A DNA stretch of 64,000 bases from Dudresnaya verticillata (Eukaryota), in the NCBI GenBank assembly GCA_977862235.1, contig OZ374562.1, forward strand, positions 868,001 through 932,000. The letters are read 5' to 3'. Below are positions 38,088-50,737 of this stretch, piece after piece. The notes under the pieces were generated by a model. It was not told the origin of the DNA and ran no database searches. It saw only the letters and a list, made by a program, of their open reading frames with translations. The position numbers and the translations under genes were made by a program. Positions within the stretch are counted from its first letter, which is position 1. Each line of letters begins with the position of its first letter.

Positions 38088-38848
38088 AGCTGGGCTGCGT
38101 TTCCCGCAATTCCCGTGTGTGGAGGGGAGGAGAGAGAAACCAGCGGTGATACACAGCGCGACTCCGCGGAGTCTTTCGCCTTGCGGTTGAGAGCTCTCAC
38201 ACTAGTGTAAGTGCGGGCGGGGGTGGGGGGTGGCGACCTCATGATGCCATGGCAGCCGTGGCTGGCCCACGGGCATATAGCTTCTTCGTCGGCACGCTGA
38301 TTTTTTCACCGATGGAGTGCAGTTTGGCCGAACAAGAATTCCATATCCAACCATTGGTCCAAGATAAATCTAGGCTGCGTGATTTTGTTGTTAAATCCAG
38401 AGCGTTTCCTGGCCCGGCACGTACGTTCAGCCGCACTCTGTGTGTTTGGCACGCAGATGCCGGCCTGAAAGGGTATTTTTGGACAAATAATCTTTTCAGG
38501 GCCATCAAGCGTGTGTGCGTGCACGTAACCGTCCCATCACAGTGGCTGTACGCGTATACTGATTCATGGCTGCTGGAAACTGCAGCAATGACGTGTGTAT
38601 TGCACTGCAGTCGGGCCCGTCTGCAGCTCGAAATACGAAAAAGGAGGGCACACCCGAGTCGCGGCTCTGCAGCGCGTCCCTCATTACGATATGAATGAGG
38701 CTTGTGGCGTAGCAACGCGGTCGCATTGCAAAGTCCTCAAACTGCGGAAACCGACAAACAGCTTTGCAGCGGCGACGCGCGAACGCCCATTCTGCATAGA
38801 TTGTTATAGCAATTGGAGCTCCGAATCCGTTCACGTCCATGAGCGGGA

Positions 38849-41800
38849 ATGGACGGAAGGAACCGAAAGAAGTTTCAGGGGCGACGCAAAACTCGACCTC
38901 GCTCATGGGTGGATAGCGTTGGAATGCGAAGCGACTTGAAAGAGCTGTTCCGACATGAAAGTTCCAACGATGCAGTTGTAGATGAGTTCACAAGAGATCG
39001 CATCGATACAAGCCTTGTCAATACAGGTATCGCGACCGCGACTGCGACACATGGAGATGGCCCTGGGGCAGCTGTCCAATCGGGCGACGCGAGGCATTGT
39101 CGAACACTAGCACTTCCTCCGGGCCACAGAGCGGGTCAAGAGCAAGATCCGCCCCATTTCTCCGACAACGAAAGTGCGTACGACAGAGAGGGGCCCCTCG
39201 GAAACGTTGATGGAGCTACAACTGGTGGTAATCATGCAGATGAGCTTTCCTTACAAGGGTCAGACAGTGATGACTCGGAGAGTGACGTGCCTCCTGAAGT
39301 ATTTGAGACATTTGACGATATCATGGACCCAGGAACCGGAGAGTCAGTGAGACGCTGGCAGACTGATCTAACTCGAGAACACGCACCACCGGAAAAACTC
39401 ACGGCCGGCCGGCCGAGCGCAGACACACATTCAGTTTCCCGGAACACACTATCGAGAAAGGATGTAAACAAGTTGCTGCACCGCCGCAAAGAATTGCTGA
39501 ATTGGGAAAACCTCTTCGCTCTTGTCAGCGCCTCCGGAAGCGTTCGACTTACGGTTGGACAGTATGCAACAGTTCAACGATTGGGACATTGGCTTCTTCG
39601 CGAGGCCTCACTTCCAGCTTATTCCACCGTTCAGCGCACACTTTTTCCGTTCGCTATCAAGCATTGCTTCCCTCTAAGCCACAATGCTTCCCTTCCCGTG
39701 ACTTTGGCTGATCTCAAGAAGAGAACAAAAGGTATTGTGTTCACAACGTATTCTGAGCAATGCCCCCGCGATGGGATTCGCAGGAGGAGGACATTGGCGA
39801 ATGAGCGGAGTGAAGCGGCCGCTTTCATGCGCGCATCATCCGCTTTGCAAGAAGCTTCCACTCCGGAGTTGAATGGCGACCGTAATGAAATGAATTGTGG
39901 CTTTGGGAACGGTCACATGACAGCTCGTAAGTTTGCTACAGCTCGCAAGTTTGCTACAGTGAAGATCATGTGCCCATCCGAATGGGCAAAGATGGATATT
40001 GCCACCTTCCCAGTCTTTCAAGAAATGTTTCCATCTTTCGACACAACCGACCCCGGCCGGGATCCTGCTCCAGATGACTGCATTGGGATCACTAGAGTTG
40101 TTCGCAGGCGCGAAGATTTCATCTCCGCAGCGAATTGTTTGTTCGTGAAGAATGGGAAGAAGGTGTTCAGAGCCGTCCCGGGTTTGTCAATTGAGGTCAT
40201 CTGCGAAAACGTTCCGCAATGTGTCGCCAAACACCCACCAAATTCTATTGCCTGCGACCTTACTTTCAGAGAACACGGAAAACACCTCGCTTCAGGTACT
40301 ATGTCGGCGATATGGTGCGTGGGTAGAAAGGGGAAAGAGGGACCAAGTGCCACCAAAGCATTTGCGGCCGCAAATGGAGTTGAGAAAGATGTCATCAAGC
40401 TCCTCAGCACCGCCGACAAACCTTCATGCGCCCTGCCCGGTTGTCGCGAGCATCGCGGAGAGGATGCGCCTCTAGTTTCAAGTACGTCGAGTGAACGGCC
40501 GTGATACCGGGGGATTTGTGCACCCTGTTTCGTGTTAATTCAAGCCGGCCATCCAACTTCATTGCTTGCGTTCCTGTGAATAGATTCTGGCGATACAGGG
40601 ACGGTGAACCATCAGGGTTGCTGGTTTGGATAGATCTCGACAACAGCTGGAATTCTGGCGTCGAGCACTGCGGACCAGACCTGGCGTACCAGGTGCTCAA
40701 GGAAACAACTCCAGTTACGGTTGTGTGTCTCGGTCAATGTACACACCACAGAGAGAAAGAGCTGCGTAGAAGAATCCAGGAAAGCGGTTCTCCACTGGAC
40801 TTCAGTTCTCGGCCGAGAAACTTCGGGGTACTCCCTTCAGGGGAGAGGTACGTTGTATACCGCGTTTTGTTATATTGCGATGACTTTCAGCCATGCACGG
40901 CCCTTCTTCCCCAGGGCTCTGCGGGGGTGTTTACATGCTGCCATTGGGACTTTCTCCACGCAAGCGCGCGAAGCGATCGGCTGTCCGGCTCATCTCGATA
41001 ACTTCTCCTGGGGTCAGCAGCAACGAATTGTTACGATACATTATTCCCGATCTTGTGATGAGCTCGAAAGACGGGATTGTTGGCTGCACTCCGAATGGCG
41101 ATCCCGTGAGAATATTTGTTGACCGCGTGGGGTTCATCGCTGACTATCCGGCGGCCGCCAGGACTACTAATGTCATCGGACACGTAGGTATGGCACCCTG
41201 CACACATTGTAATTTCCGGAGAGTCCTCAACGAAGTATGCAGAAAGTTTGGCTACACAGTGCAACTGCACGCCCAGCACTCTTCAAGTCTACGATTTCAG
41301 GAACGGCATGATGCTATTCGCGCGAGTGGACTTTGTCGTGCCCAGACTTCGCGTCTCGGTTTCTCTAAGGAAGAAGATGAAAATGGAATTAAGCCGCTTG
41401 TACTTCTAGATCGAGAACTGCAACAAGCTCGGCCCTTCGTCGTGAGAAATCGGAGCGGAGAATTGGTTGCGCCCTGCATGTCCGACCCGTGCCGCTCGCA
41501 GTTGATAGTCCCAGAGCATTTGCTTACTGGTCTCGCGAAAAGTACTCTGAGCGCTTGTTTCGAAGCCCTGACGAGGGAAGGGCAAGGCCTTGCCGACGTC
41601 TTGATATGCGAAGCCCTTCGAGACAACGGCCTCTTAACTCAGAACTCAGTGTTCGAAAGAAAGTTACACAGCATGCAATTCTCCAAACTCTACTGCGTTC
41701 TTGTCGTCTCAGTTACCGTGTTCCGCCTAACGCTCGGCGCTACGCATGAAGCGTATCATTTGGTTACTTTGTTGCAAAACGTGGTGGCGTTAACGTTCTG

Positions 41801-42644
41801 GTGGCCAGAAGCAGAGATTGATGGAATTGAAGCTGTGGACAACATTCGTGAAGATGGCGGCCGCCGTTACTTAGAAGACTTGCAGAAACGCTCAGAACAG
41901 TATATAGCTTTGTGCAATAGCTATATAGAAGGTTGTGATTTTGGTAACGACTTGAACAAGCCAAACTTCCATAGGACTCTCGAGCTGTACTACCACACAA
42001 TACCGCTATTCGGGCATGCAAGACACTTCATGGAACTCGTTTTCGAATGCGCACACTCCCCGCTGAAGAGATGCGTTGCTCGAAGCAATCACCATAACGC
42101 CCACATTTCAGCTGTTGAGCATGTGCTCGGAAACGACTGACGAGGCAGGCTTGCCCTCCTGCGTCATGGGATGAGGACCGCTGACCAGCGCTCTGGTATG
42201 TTGTGTCTCAGGAGTCTCCAGTGACGCTTCTCGGGCCCGAGATAAGTCACGTTCCGGATAGTGACGAAGAAGTACGGGATTTGATCAAGTGGATGGATGA
42301 GAAGATCGAAGAGGTCTTCGTAGAGCCAGTTGTGCAGGAACTTCGAGCCGACGGGAAATTCAGTACCTCTTGGTCGTGCACGGACGCCGAATGGATCTCC
42401 GCAAAGCAGATGAAAGCAGGAAACATGGCCGAGAGAGCACGTCCTTCTGATGATACTTGGGAAGAAAGCTTTGAGGATGCAATTGCCGTTGGTGCAAGCG
42501 TTTCCAGATTTCGGAGAGTGTGCGGCCGCACCTATCCTGTTCAAAGGTGCGAGACGTGTCTGGAAGACGAGCGTTGCAGGCCCGCAGCGCTCGTACAAAC
42601 ATGACTCGATTGAGAAAGGATCCGTCGTAGAAAGCATGAAGTAA
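38849..42644 (+). pseudogene. CACTA/Plavaka-like DDE transposase, interrupted
   Basis: Motifs LLYCDDF.P, GGVYMLPL, GFIADYPAA...GH.G..PC.HC, VPEHLLTG, KPNFH...ELY...IP.FG and MELVFE..H..LK across ORFs 40501-41001 and 40893-42140. Long N-terminal ORF 38849-40504. Confidence 0.8.
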
Positions 42645-43229
42645 AGCATTAAAAATCATGAATCACCACAAGCATTGCCATAGATTTATCCGGTATCCGC
42701 ATGGAACGGCCGTTTCGGAACCAAAAGAAAATGCATAAATTCGTTGCGAGATGGGAGCGCACGTTGGAATGAATTACAATGCGGTGGCCATGCGTCACAA
42801 CTGTCAGGGTAATGCGCTAACTAATAGCAATGTGCGATTTGATTCAGAGCAACAACGCATGCGCAGCACGAATTTTAATGGCGGGTTAGAGCATCTCTAC
42901 CGGTTCGCTATTCAGTAAATATATACAATGTTTTAGTATAGATAGAATTTCCCATCTCTACCGCGGCGAATCTATTCTAATCGCGTAAAATTTCAATAGA
43001 ATACCCAACCAAAAATGTCTATTTCTCACCCCAATAGCGCACGCGCGTGACGTATTCTATTGCTACACAGTGCCATTCTCTGCTCCATCACTGGTTGCGC
43101 AAAGCGCGCGAGGGCAGAGAGAGGTACTGTACACAGTACCGTCCATCTTCCGCCTGAACCCATGCCACATCGCACACTTCGTCACACCCCGCTCGCCCAC
43201 CTCTACCCTCACGCACACACATCGCCAAC

Positions 43230-44217
43230 ATGGGCCGCGGGAAGAGCTGTGATATCGATGAGAACGAGGTCCTCGCCCGCGCCTGGATCGCTGCGTCCGA
43301 GGATCCAGTCGTGGGTGCGCACCAGAAGGCTAAGCGCTTCTCCGAAACCATGCACCGCCGCTTCATCGAGAAGGGACCGCAGCCGCCAGCGGTCCCCGAC
43401 GGCAAGTATGGGAACAGGCCGGTGATGAGCTGCAAGGCCCACTTCGCGGACTTATCGGCAGACGTGCAGAAGTTTGCCGTCGCGCTCCTCAAGGTGGACG
43501 CGTCGAACCCAACCGGGGTGAACGATGATAATGTGCTATCCATGGCCGTCGCCATCCATCTCGGGAAGAAGACGGTGATGGAGTATGAGTTCAAGGACTA
43601 CCTTAAGGAGAACTGGCTGTCGTTCAAGGCGTGGAGAGTATTGCATTCTCACCCGAAGTGGCAAGTCAACAACCCTTCGCAAGAGAGCAGTGGAAACAGC
43701 AACCGCGCCAATACGTCCTCGTTCGACATACTTCCGCAAGAGTCAACCCAAAACTCCGCCGTGCCGTCTGCTGTTCGTGCCTCTTCTGCGCCCCGTTCTG
43801 ATGAGCGATATACTACAGGAAACCGAGCAGCAAAAGTGCAACGTCAAGAAGAATTGCGTACACAAGCCGTCCGGTCTATGGCTGAGTCCACCAAACGCAA
43901 GTCTACCGCCCTCGAAGAACGAAACGCCATCGCTGTTTTTCGCTACCTGGTGCGGCGCAACATCCAGAGACGGCGCGTTTTTCGCCGCGATGCGCAAGAC
44001 GCACCTCGCGCAGGCTCTCAAGAAGGCTAAAACCGCTGGCGTCGATGAACACAGCCTTCTAGATGGTGCAGCCGTCTCGGAAGGACCCTTGGGAATACCT
44101 CCTGCCCCGCCGTGCACGCCTGCCAGCCTCGCTGCGGCATCCGAGATGCAGGACACGGTCGACGGTCCTGAAGGGAACCCCGCTGAGGGATCCGCCGAGG
44201 CGCCCTCGACGACGTAA
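43230..44217 (+). CDS. Harbinger ORF1, Myb/SANT-like (NAM-associated) DNA-binding protein, with a frameshift near the 3' end
   Basis: ENEVLARAWIAASEDPVVGAHQK and AWRVLHSHPKW motifs; the C-terminus continues in the frame of ORF 43585-44217. Confidence 0.85.
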
Positions 44218-44393
44218 TGGAGGGTGTGTGGGGGGCTGCGAGGGCGGTATTGCCCTTCCGCACCTCAAACATTGCTCGACGGCCTCGTGCAACACGCCGG
44301 GGGGGGACCCCCGGACCCCCTTCTTTTGCGGCGCATCGCGCCTTTGTTTGCACGGTTGTCAACACAGTAGTTTGAGTAAAGACGACGCGTTTA

Positions 44394-45716
44394 CTAGATG
44401 CCATCCCCTCTTCGCTGCCAAATATGCTCTATCAGGTCATGTTTGAGAGACATATGGTCTACTGCGCTCGATATCCTCGTCTCTCTTCTGTCCACCGCTG
44501 CAGACCACATTCCATCCGTTACTACTTGACCGAGGCCCTCCATTGCGCTTCGAGACTGCCACTCGAACGAGAGGTTCCCAAACATGGCGCGTGCCTCTTC
44601 ATACATGGAGAGTGACGCTATACCACTACTGTAGCTGTCACGGCGCGCTTCCACGACCATGTTGTGTATTATGATGCACGCCTTCATGACCGTCGCGATG
44701 TCGCTTCTATACCACAGCCTGTATGGACGCTGCAAGATGTGGAAGCGTGCAAAAAGAACGCCGAACGCACGCTCGATATCCTTGAGAACGGCCTCTTGAG
44801 CCGCCGCAAATGCCTTCTCCTTGTTCGTACTGCCCTCTTGAATGGTCTTGACAAAAATAGCCCATCTAGGATAGATATCATCCACCAAATAGTACGGTAG
44901 CGTCCGTTCTGTGCCTCGAATCTTGTACCGAACGTTGGGAGGGAAATGACCAGCCAGTATACGTTCTATGGTAGATGAATGGTCCAACAGATTTATGTCG
45001 TTCAGCGATCCAGGACTGCCAAAGAAACAGTGCCATATCCACAGCTCTGCGTCACAGATTGCTTCAAGCACTATGGTGGGCTTCTTCTATTTACCCTTAA
45101 ACTGCCCAGCCCAGGCAATCGGACAGTTCTTCCATTCCCAGTGCTGGTAGTCTATGGACCCACTGCAACCAGGGAAGCCTTTCGCCTCGTTGATTGCCAT
45201 GATACGCTTGAGGTCACCTTCTGTGGGCTCACGAAGGAATTCCTGTCCAGACTCATCAATAATGACCTTGCAGAACGCCTTGAGTGACTGTAGCACAGAG
45301 TCCTCAGACATTTCTAGGTACTCGTCTAGCGCATCTGCCGCAACGCCATATACCATCATTCGCAGAGCCGCTGTTACTCGTAGAAGCGGATGAATGCCTT
45401 CCTTCTTGGCACAGTCGGACCGTTGAATAAAAATGCTTTTTCCACATACTGTACTGTAGATCTTCTCGAAGACGCGTCGTGGGATTCGGAATCTGCGCTC
45501 AAAGTCGAACTCGCTGTACTTCGCTTGAGAACCGAAGTAGTCGCTGCGCAATCGCTGCAGCGCGGCTGCAAAGTCTCGACGTTTGTTCTGTTGTTTGCCG
45601 AGCTTCGCCCCAGTCCGCCGTGACAAGCCCGATTGGGCCTTCTTGATAACTGGCACGATGTCTGTGGCCATCAAATACGAGAAGTTCTCGTCATCACTAG
45701 AGTGCTCGTCCTGCAT
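44394..45716 (-). pseudogene. Harbinger DDE transposase (HARBI1/plant transposon protein type) with an in-frame stop at 45087
   Basis: FERRFRIPR, GFPGCSGSIDYQHWEWKNCP.AW.GQFKGK*KKPTIVLEA, GSLNDIN, YYLVDDIYP, KDIERAFGVL, ACIIIHNM. Confidence 0.95.
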
Positions 45717-46070
45717 TGTGTCGAAGTTGCTAGGGCAGGACGAGGAAGGAGCACTGTAGTCCGGATACGGTTAGAAATAAATTCAACCGGTAGAGTTCAC
45801 ACAGTAGTTGTATACACACCCAAATACCTATCTTCAGACTATTAGATTCACCCAATGAGCGCGGAACATATGGTGAAAAAATGCGCGTTAGAAATATAAT
45901 TTACCGTACCGGTAGAGATGCTCTTAGCATAATGATTAATGGGTGGCAGCATTCAGAATCAATTTCTGGTACACATGTTTTGGGCCCGATCCATTACAAT
46001 GTCGTGCAGCATTTCCTTTGCGCGTCCGTTTATTTTCATTTCATTATTTTGTAATTGCTCTCGTAGTGCA

Positions 46071-46182
46071 ATAAAGACTAACACGTTTGTAGATTGAAAA
46101 TTCATTAAAAGATGCTCAGGTCAGCTGCTATTATGGAGTTTTGTAATTTTGCCACTGTGCAGTTTTGTTACTGTTTGTAACA
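46071..46182 (-). repeat. in-place part of the gypsy 3' LTR
   Basis: Matches 51641-51754; abuts the polypurine tract AAGAGGGGAGGAGT (minus strand, 46183-46196). Confidence 0.93.
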
Positions 46183-46203
46183 ACTCCTCCCCTCTTAATT
46201 GTC

Positions 46204-49200
46204 TTATTCGTCCTCGAATAACTCTTTGAAGTAGTCCTGGATAAGCGCTGGAAGCTGTGCGAATTCGTGTTTAGGTAACCATGTATTTTCAATGGCATCA
46301 GTGTCGCTAAAATGCACTAGCAACTCGACTTGACCTTCATGTAGGCGGTGTGCGACTATCTTCGCAATGCGTTTTCCTGTAGGTGATCTTCCTAAATGAA
46401 GCTTTTGTGGAACATTTCTGTGATGTTGGTCTTCCACATAAGGCTTGAGTAACGAGATATGAAATGTAGGATGTAGCTCCTTACATTCGGATGGCAGATC
46501 TAGTCGATAGGCTCTGCCGTCAGCTACTTTGTTAACGATGGTGAATTGCCCATTGAACTTCGGGAAGGATTTTCTCGGTTTTACCGAGTGGTTTCGGTAG
46601 GTTCTTAGTTGATAACATCACGCGGTCTCCGACTTCGTATTGTTTTTCATTTCCATTTTCTGTGTCCTGTGTATGCAAGTTTGCATCTCCAATTGCTTGT
46701 TAGGCGATCTCATTTGCCTTCTTCATGTCCTCCAAGAAGGGTTGGGATTGGTCATTAACTGAGTGTTCCGTATGTAGTACATCGGAAATTGTTAATGGAT
46801 GGGATGTTGTCCGTATTCCAAATAGAAAGGCTTGTTTTTGGTTGTCTCGTTCGTATAGTTGTTGTATGCAAATTCAACTCCGGGTAGGTATTTGTCCCAA
46901 TCTTTCTGTGTACTAGAGATGAAGCATCTCAACATTTCTTCAAGCGTCCTAAACGCTCGCTCGGATTGGCCATCTGTCTGTGGATGAAATGCGGTTGAAA
47001 GGTTCAGCTTAACTTGCAGCAATTTAATCAGCTCTTGCCAAAGTGTCCCCGTAAAGCGAGTATCTCTATCTGATATAATTTTCTTCGGTATTCCATGATT
47101 TTTGTATACTTCTTCGTAAAATACCTGCGCAGCGTTGAACCCGTTAAAGTTGGGTTCTAGAGCGATAAAATGCGCTCGTTTCGATAATTTGTCCACGACA
47201 ACCATGATGGTGTTTTTGTTCCGTTTCGTCTTAGGTAGGTCAAAAGTGAAGTCAATGGATATTTCCTCCCACTTACGTGTTGGCGGAGGGAATGGTCGAC
47301 TAGTTCCTGGTGCCTTTTGGTTTATGCTTTTTGATTCCTGGCACCTCTGGCAACTCTTTACATAGTTGTAAACTTCCTTTTTCATGTTTGGCCAGAAGTA
47401 ATGGCTCGATATATTATGAAGCGTCCGTGTGTAACCTCGGTGTGCTCCAATTAAGGACTCATGGTTATCATGTAGCACTGTTTTCTTGTCTCGCCTTCTG
47501 GTAGGCATAATCTATTTTCTAAATAGAGCCTCTTGTCCTACCGTTTATACGGTTCTGATGGCTTATTGTATTGTTCTTTAAATTTCTCGTCTTCGAGATA
47601 CTCCTTTTCTAATCGTTTAAGCACCTCGGAGACGGATACGGTAGTTATCGTCATTAATTTTGACATGAAGGAGGTGGATGTCTTATACACTTCCTTGTAC
47701 TGCCTAGAAAGAGCGTCTGCGACTTTGTTTTCTTTTCCCTTGATATAGTGCACTTCGTAATCAAACTCTTGCATAAACTCAACCCACCTCGCTTGTTTAC
47801 GTGATAGGGTCTTTTGTGTATCCAAGTACTTCAGTGGATGGTGATCTGTATGTATCTTGAACTTAGCTCCATGTAGATAAGATCTCCACGTCTGTAATAC
47901 ATACACAATAGCTAATAACTCTCGCTCATGGGTACTGTAACCTTGCTCTGCAGGATTCAATTTCCTTGATGCATAAGCCACTGGGCGGATTCCCAGTTCA
48001 TCTTTTGGTGATAATACTGCTCCTATTCCTGTCCCAGAAGCGTCAGCTGTTATATCGTAGGGTAAACCTGGGTCTGCACAACGTAACACAGGTGTTTTCG
48101 TTAAAGTTTCTTTTAACTGTTCAAAGGCAATTTTCTCTTTTTCACCCCACACAAAGGCGTTTTTCTTTTTCGTCAGCTCCGTTAAAGGAGTTGCGATAGT
48201 AGCAAAATCTTTCACGAACCTCCTGTAATAATTGCAAAGTCCTCGAAAACTCTGGACTTGTGCTACGGTTTCGGGAATTTCCCATTTCTGTACTGCTTTG
48301 ATTTTTCTTTGGGCAACTTTTATTCCTCGATCACTTATTATGTGCCCTAAATATTCTAGATTTTGTTTTAGGAACTCACACTTTGATAGTTTCCCATAAA
48401 GCTTATTTTCTCTTAGTAATTTCACCACTACTTTGATATGTTCTAGGTGTTCTTCTTTTGTCTTACTGTAGATAAGTATATCGTCCAAGTACACTAGTAC
48501 GAATTTGTCCAAACAGGGTTGGAAAATAATGTTCATTAAAGTCTAGAAACACCCTGGTGCTCCAGTTAACCCAAATGGTGTTACAAGATATTCAAACTGT
48601 CCGTATCTTGTGCGGAATGCAGTTTTTTCAATATCGTTCTCATGTACTCGAATTTGGTGATATCCTGATCTTAGATCCACTGTAGAGAAGTATTGCGCTC
48701 CCCCAATCTGATCCCACACCTCATCAATTCTCGGTAATTTAACCTGATTTTTTATAGTTTGTTTGTTCAGTGCCCTATAGTCAATACACATTCTCCGTCC
48801 TCCATCCTTTTTAGGACTGAACAGTACTGGACTGCCCCAAGGACTGAGGCTTGGTCGGATGAACCCTTGCGTGAGGGCTTCCTCTAATTGTTTTTTCATA
48901 TCTTCAAGTTCTGTTTTTGATAACTTGTAGAGTGGCCCCATCTCTGGTCTCACACCCTCTTCCAAGTTTATTTTCATCTCCACTACCCTCTCCGGGGGTA
49001 AAACCTTTGGTAGTTGGACTGGGAATACATCTTTGTACTCCGCCAATATTTTATTTAGTTTTGTTTAATATTCATCTTCTTCAGGGCTATTACCTGATGA
49101 ACTTTCAGGACTATTACCTGCTTCACTTTCAGGGCTGTTACCTGTTTGGTTCCCAGGACTATTACCTGCTTCTTTTTCTTGTTCTTTGGCGTTCTTTACC

Positions 49201-49848
49201 AATACGTGATATATCACACTTTTTTCTCTTCTGACTAATCTCTTCAATTGTTTACTTGTAAGCACATATGTCGGGAGGGATGCCCCATGATTACAAGCCT
49301 CTGCGTCAAGAGCTATTAACCTGTCCCCTTGCTTAAGGAGCATGCGGTTCAACTTCCAGTTGATTATTGGGTTAGCTTTCGAAAGCCGCGTCTTGCCTAG
49401 GATTAAGTCGTAAGCGATTCAATCAACTATATATGGTCTGACCATTATAACGGCCTCTCCAATCCGCAATTCCAGATCCTCCACACACCTTGCCATCGGA
49501 ACAAGTGTCTGGTCCCATAATTCTGCGTTAAGATCAGTCTTTTCTCTCTGCAGTTCCAACCCGTCTGCGTATTTCTTGATATTACTATTTCTTCACAACC
49601 AGAGTCTACCAGCGTCTTGCAATGGAATTTACTGGTACCACTTCGTACTGTCCCATTGTAGACCAACAATGCTCCTCGCCTGGACTTCCTTCTCTTTTTG
49701 TATGGTGAAAATGCACATACTTTTTACTACCTACTACTCCCTCTTTTTGTTCTTTTTCTTGTTTCTGCAATGTTTTTGTATTTTTTGTATCTTTTTCTTG
49801 ACCCTCGGCCATTGTTTGTTTCTCCGTCGCCGTGCAGAAGTGACTCAA
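46204..49848 (-). pseudogene. pol: gypsy pol: protease, RT, RNase H, integrase, chromodomain; interrupted
   Basis: LVDSG (protease); [18 protein letters not shown] (RT); ADAS, ADALSR (RNase H); H...H...C..C, SDRD, HPQTDGQSER (integrase); KIVAHR...LLVHF...ENTW.P (chromodomain, 46204-46437). Confidence 0.95.
49081..49176. repeat. 24-bp imperfect tandem repeat x4 in the protease-RT linker
   Basis: Units of (T/C)CAGG(G/A)CT(A/G)TTACCTG + 8 variable nt, encoding GNSP repeats on the minus strand. Confidence 0.85.
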
Positions 49849-49856
49849 CGGAGCAA

Positions 49857-50686
49857 TTAGTTTTTCTCTTCCTGTTTTGCGGCTTGGCTAGCCCCAGTTT
49901 TGTAATGTTTTCTTGCATGACATCCTTTTTGCGCACAGATGAAGCAAATGTTTTGATCCACATATCGTTTCCTTTCTGCTGGTGATAGGCGATTTCCTCG
50001 TCTCTGGGGTATTATTCCGATCTGCATAGGTACTGGCCCATCTGATGGGTTTCCATTTCCATTTCCATTGCGGAAACCATTGCCCCCAAACCGTGGAGTA
50101 TATAGACTGTCTAGTCTATCCGCTATTTGCATAGCTTCTTGTAGGGTATTGGGGTAAGCCCTTTCCACTTCCACTCTGATCCTGTGTTTCAGACCCTGAC
50201 TGTAGTTAAATATCTGTTCTGCTGGAGCCATGCTTGGTATTTGTAACAACCACTTAGAGAACTCTTGGTCGTATTTTCTAACTGTGTTGAGGCTTCCCAT
50301 TTGTTTTAATTCATTTAGCATCTTACGTGTATTCAACACTCTGTTTACAGGTTCAAAATGTTCCAACAATTTAGTCTTAAATACTTCAAATGTTGGTATA
50401 TCAATGTTATTTAAACTTATTAACTCCCACCGTTGTATTCCAGCACCAGTCATATAGCTTACGGCATACTTAACCATTTTATCTTCAGGTACAGGATTGT
50501 TCTGGCTATTGAAAATATTTTCACGGCTTTTAACCCAACTCCGAGCAAATTTACCGCTGAACGATTTTTGATTACATTTTGATATGTCTGTGTTACTTCT
50601 TGCAAGGTCTGGTTAGCCTGTCCAAGCTGTTGCTGTAAGGCGGCTACTTGATTCTGTAAATTTTGGACCTGCTGTGCGGGGTCCAT
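49857..50686 (-). pseudogene. gag: gypsy gag, frameshifted
   Basis: MDPAQQVQNLQ coiled coil; A..YMTG...W, F...LL.HF.P, LKQ..., GL...IR.EV, PVPMQIG; knuckle CFICAQKGCHARKH. Confidence 0.9.
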
Positions 50687-50737
50687 TTTCCTAATTGCAC
50701 TATATATTTTTCAAACCCACAAAGATCAATTTATTTC

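Larger units (their letters stand above)
42889..45923. mobile_element. PIF/Harbinger DNA transposon nested in the CACTA element
   Basis: Perfect 16-bp TIR GAGCATCTCTACCGGT; TTA TSD at 42886-42888 and 45924-45926; two convergent genes. Confidence 0.97.
29006..46068 (+). mobile_element. CACTA/EnSpm(CMC)-like DNA transposon, about 14 kb plus nested Harbinger, multi-gene
   Basis: Termini CATTACGAAGGCGATTTCGGAAAAATG and (reverse complement) CACTACGAGAGCAATTACAAAATAATG. 2-bp TSD CA (29004-5, 46069-70), confirmed against the uninterrupted LTR at 51636-51646. Inverted subterminal blocks TTCCATGCGGATA/TATCCGCATGGAA and TTCATGATTTTTTATGC/GCATTAAAAATCATGAA. Transposase at 38849-42644. Confidence 0.88.
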
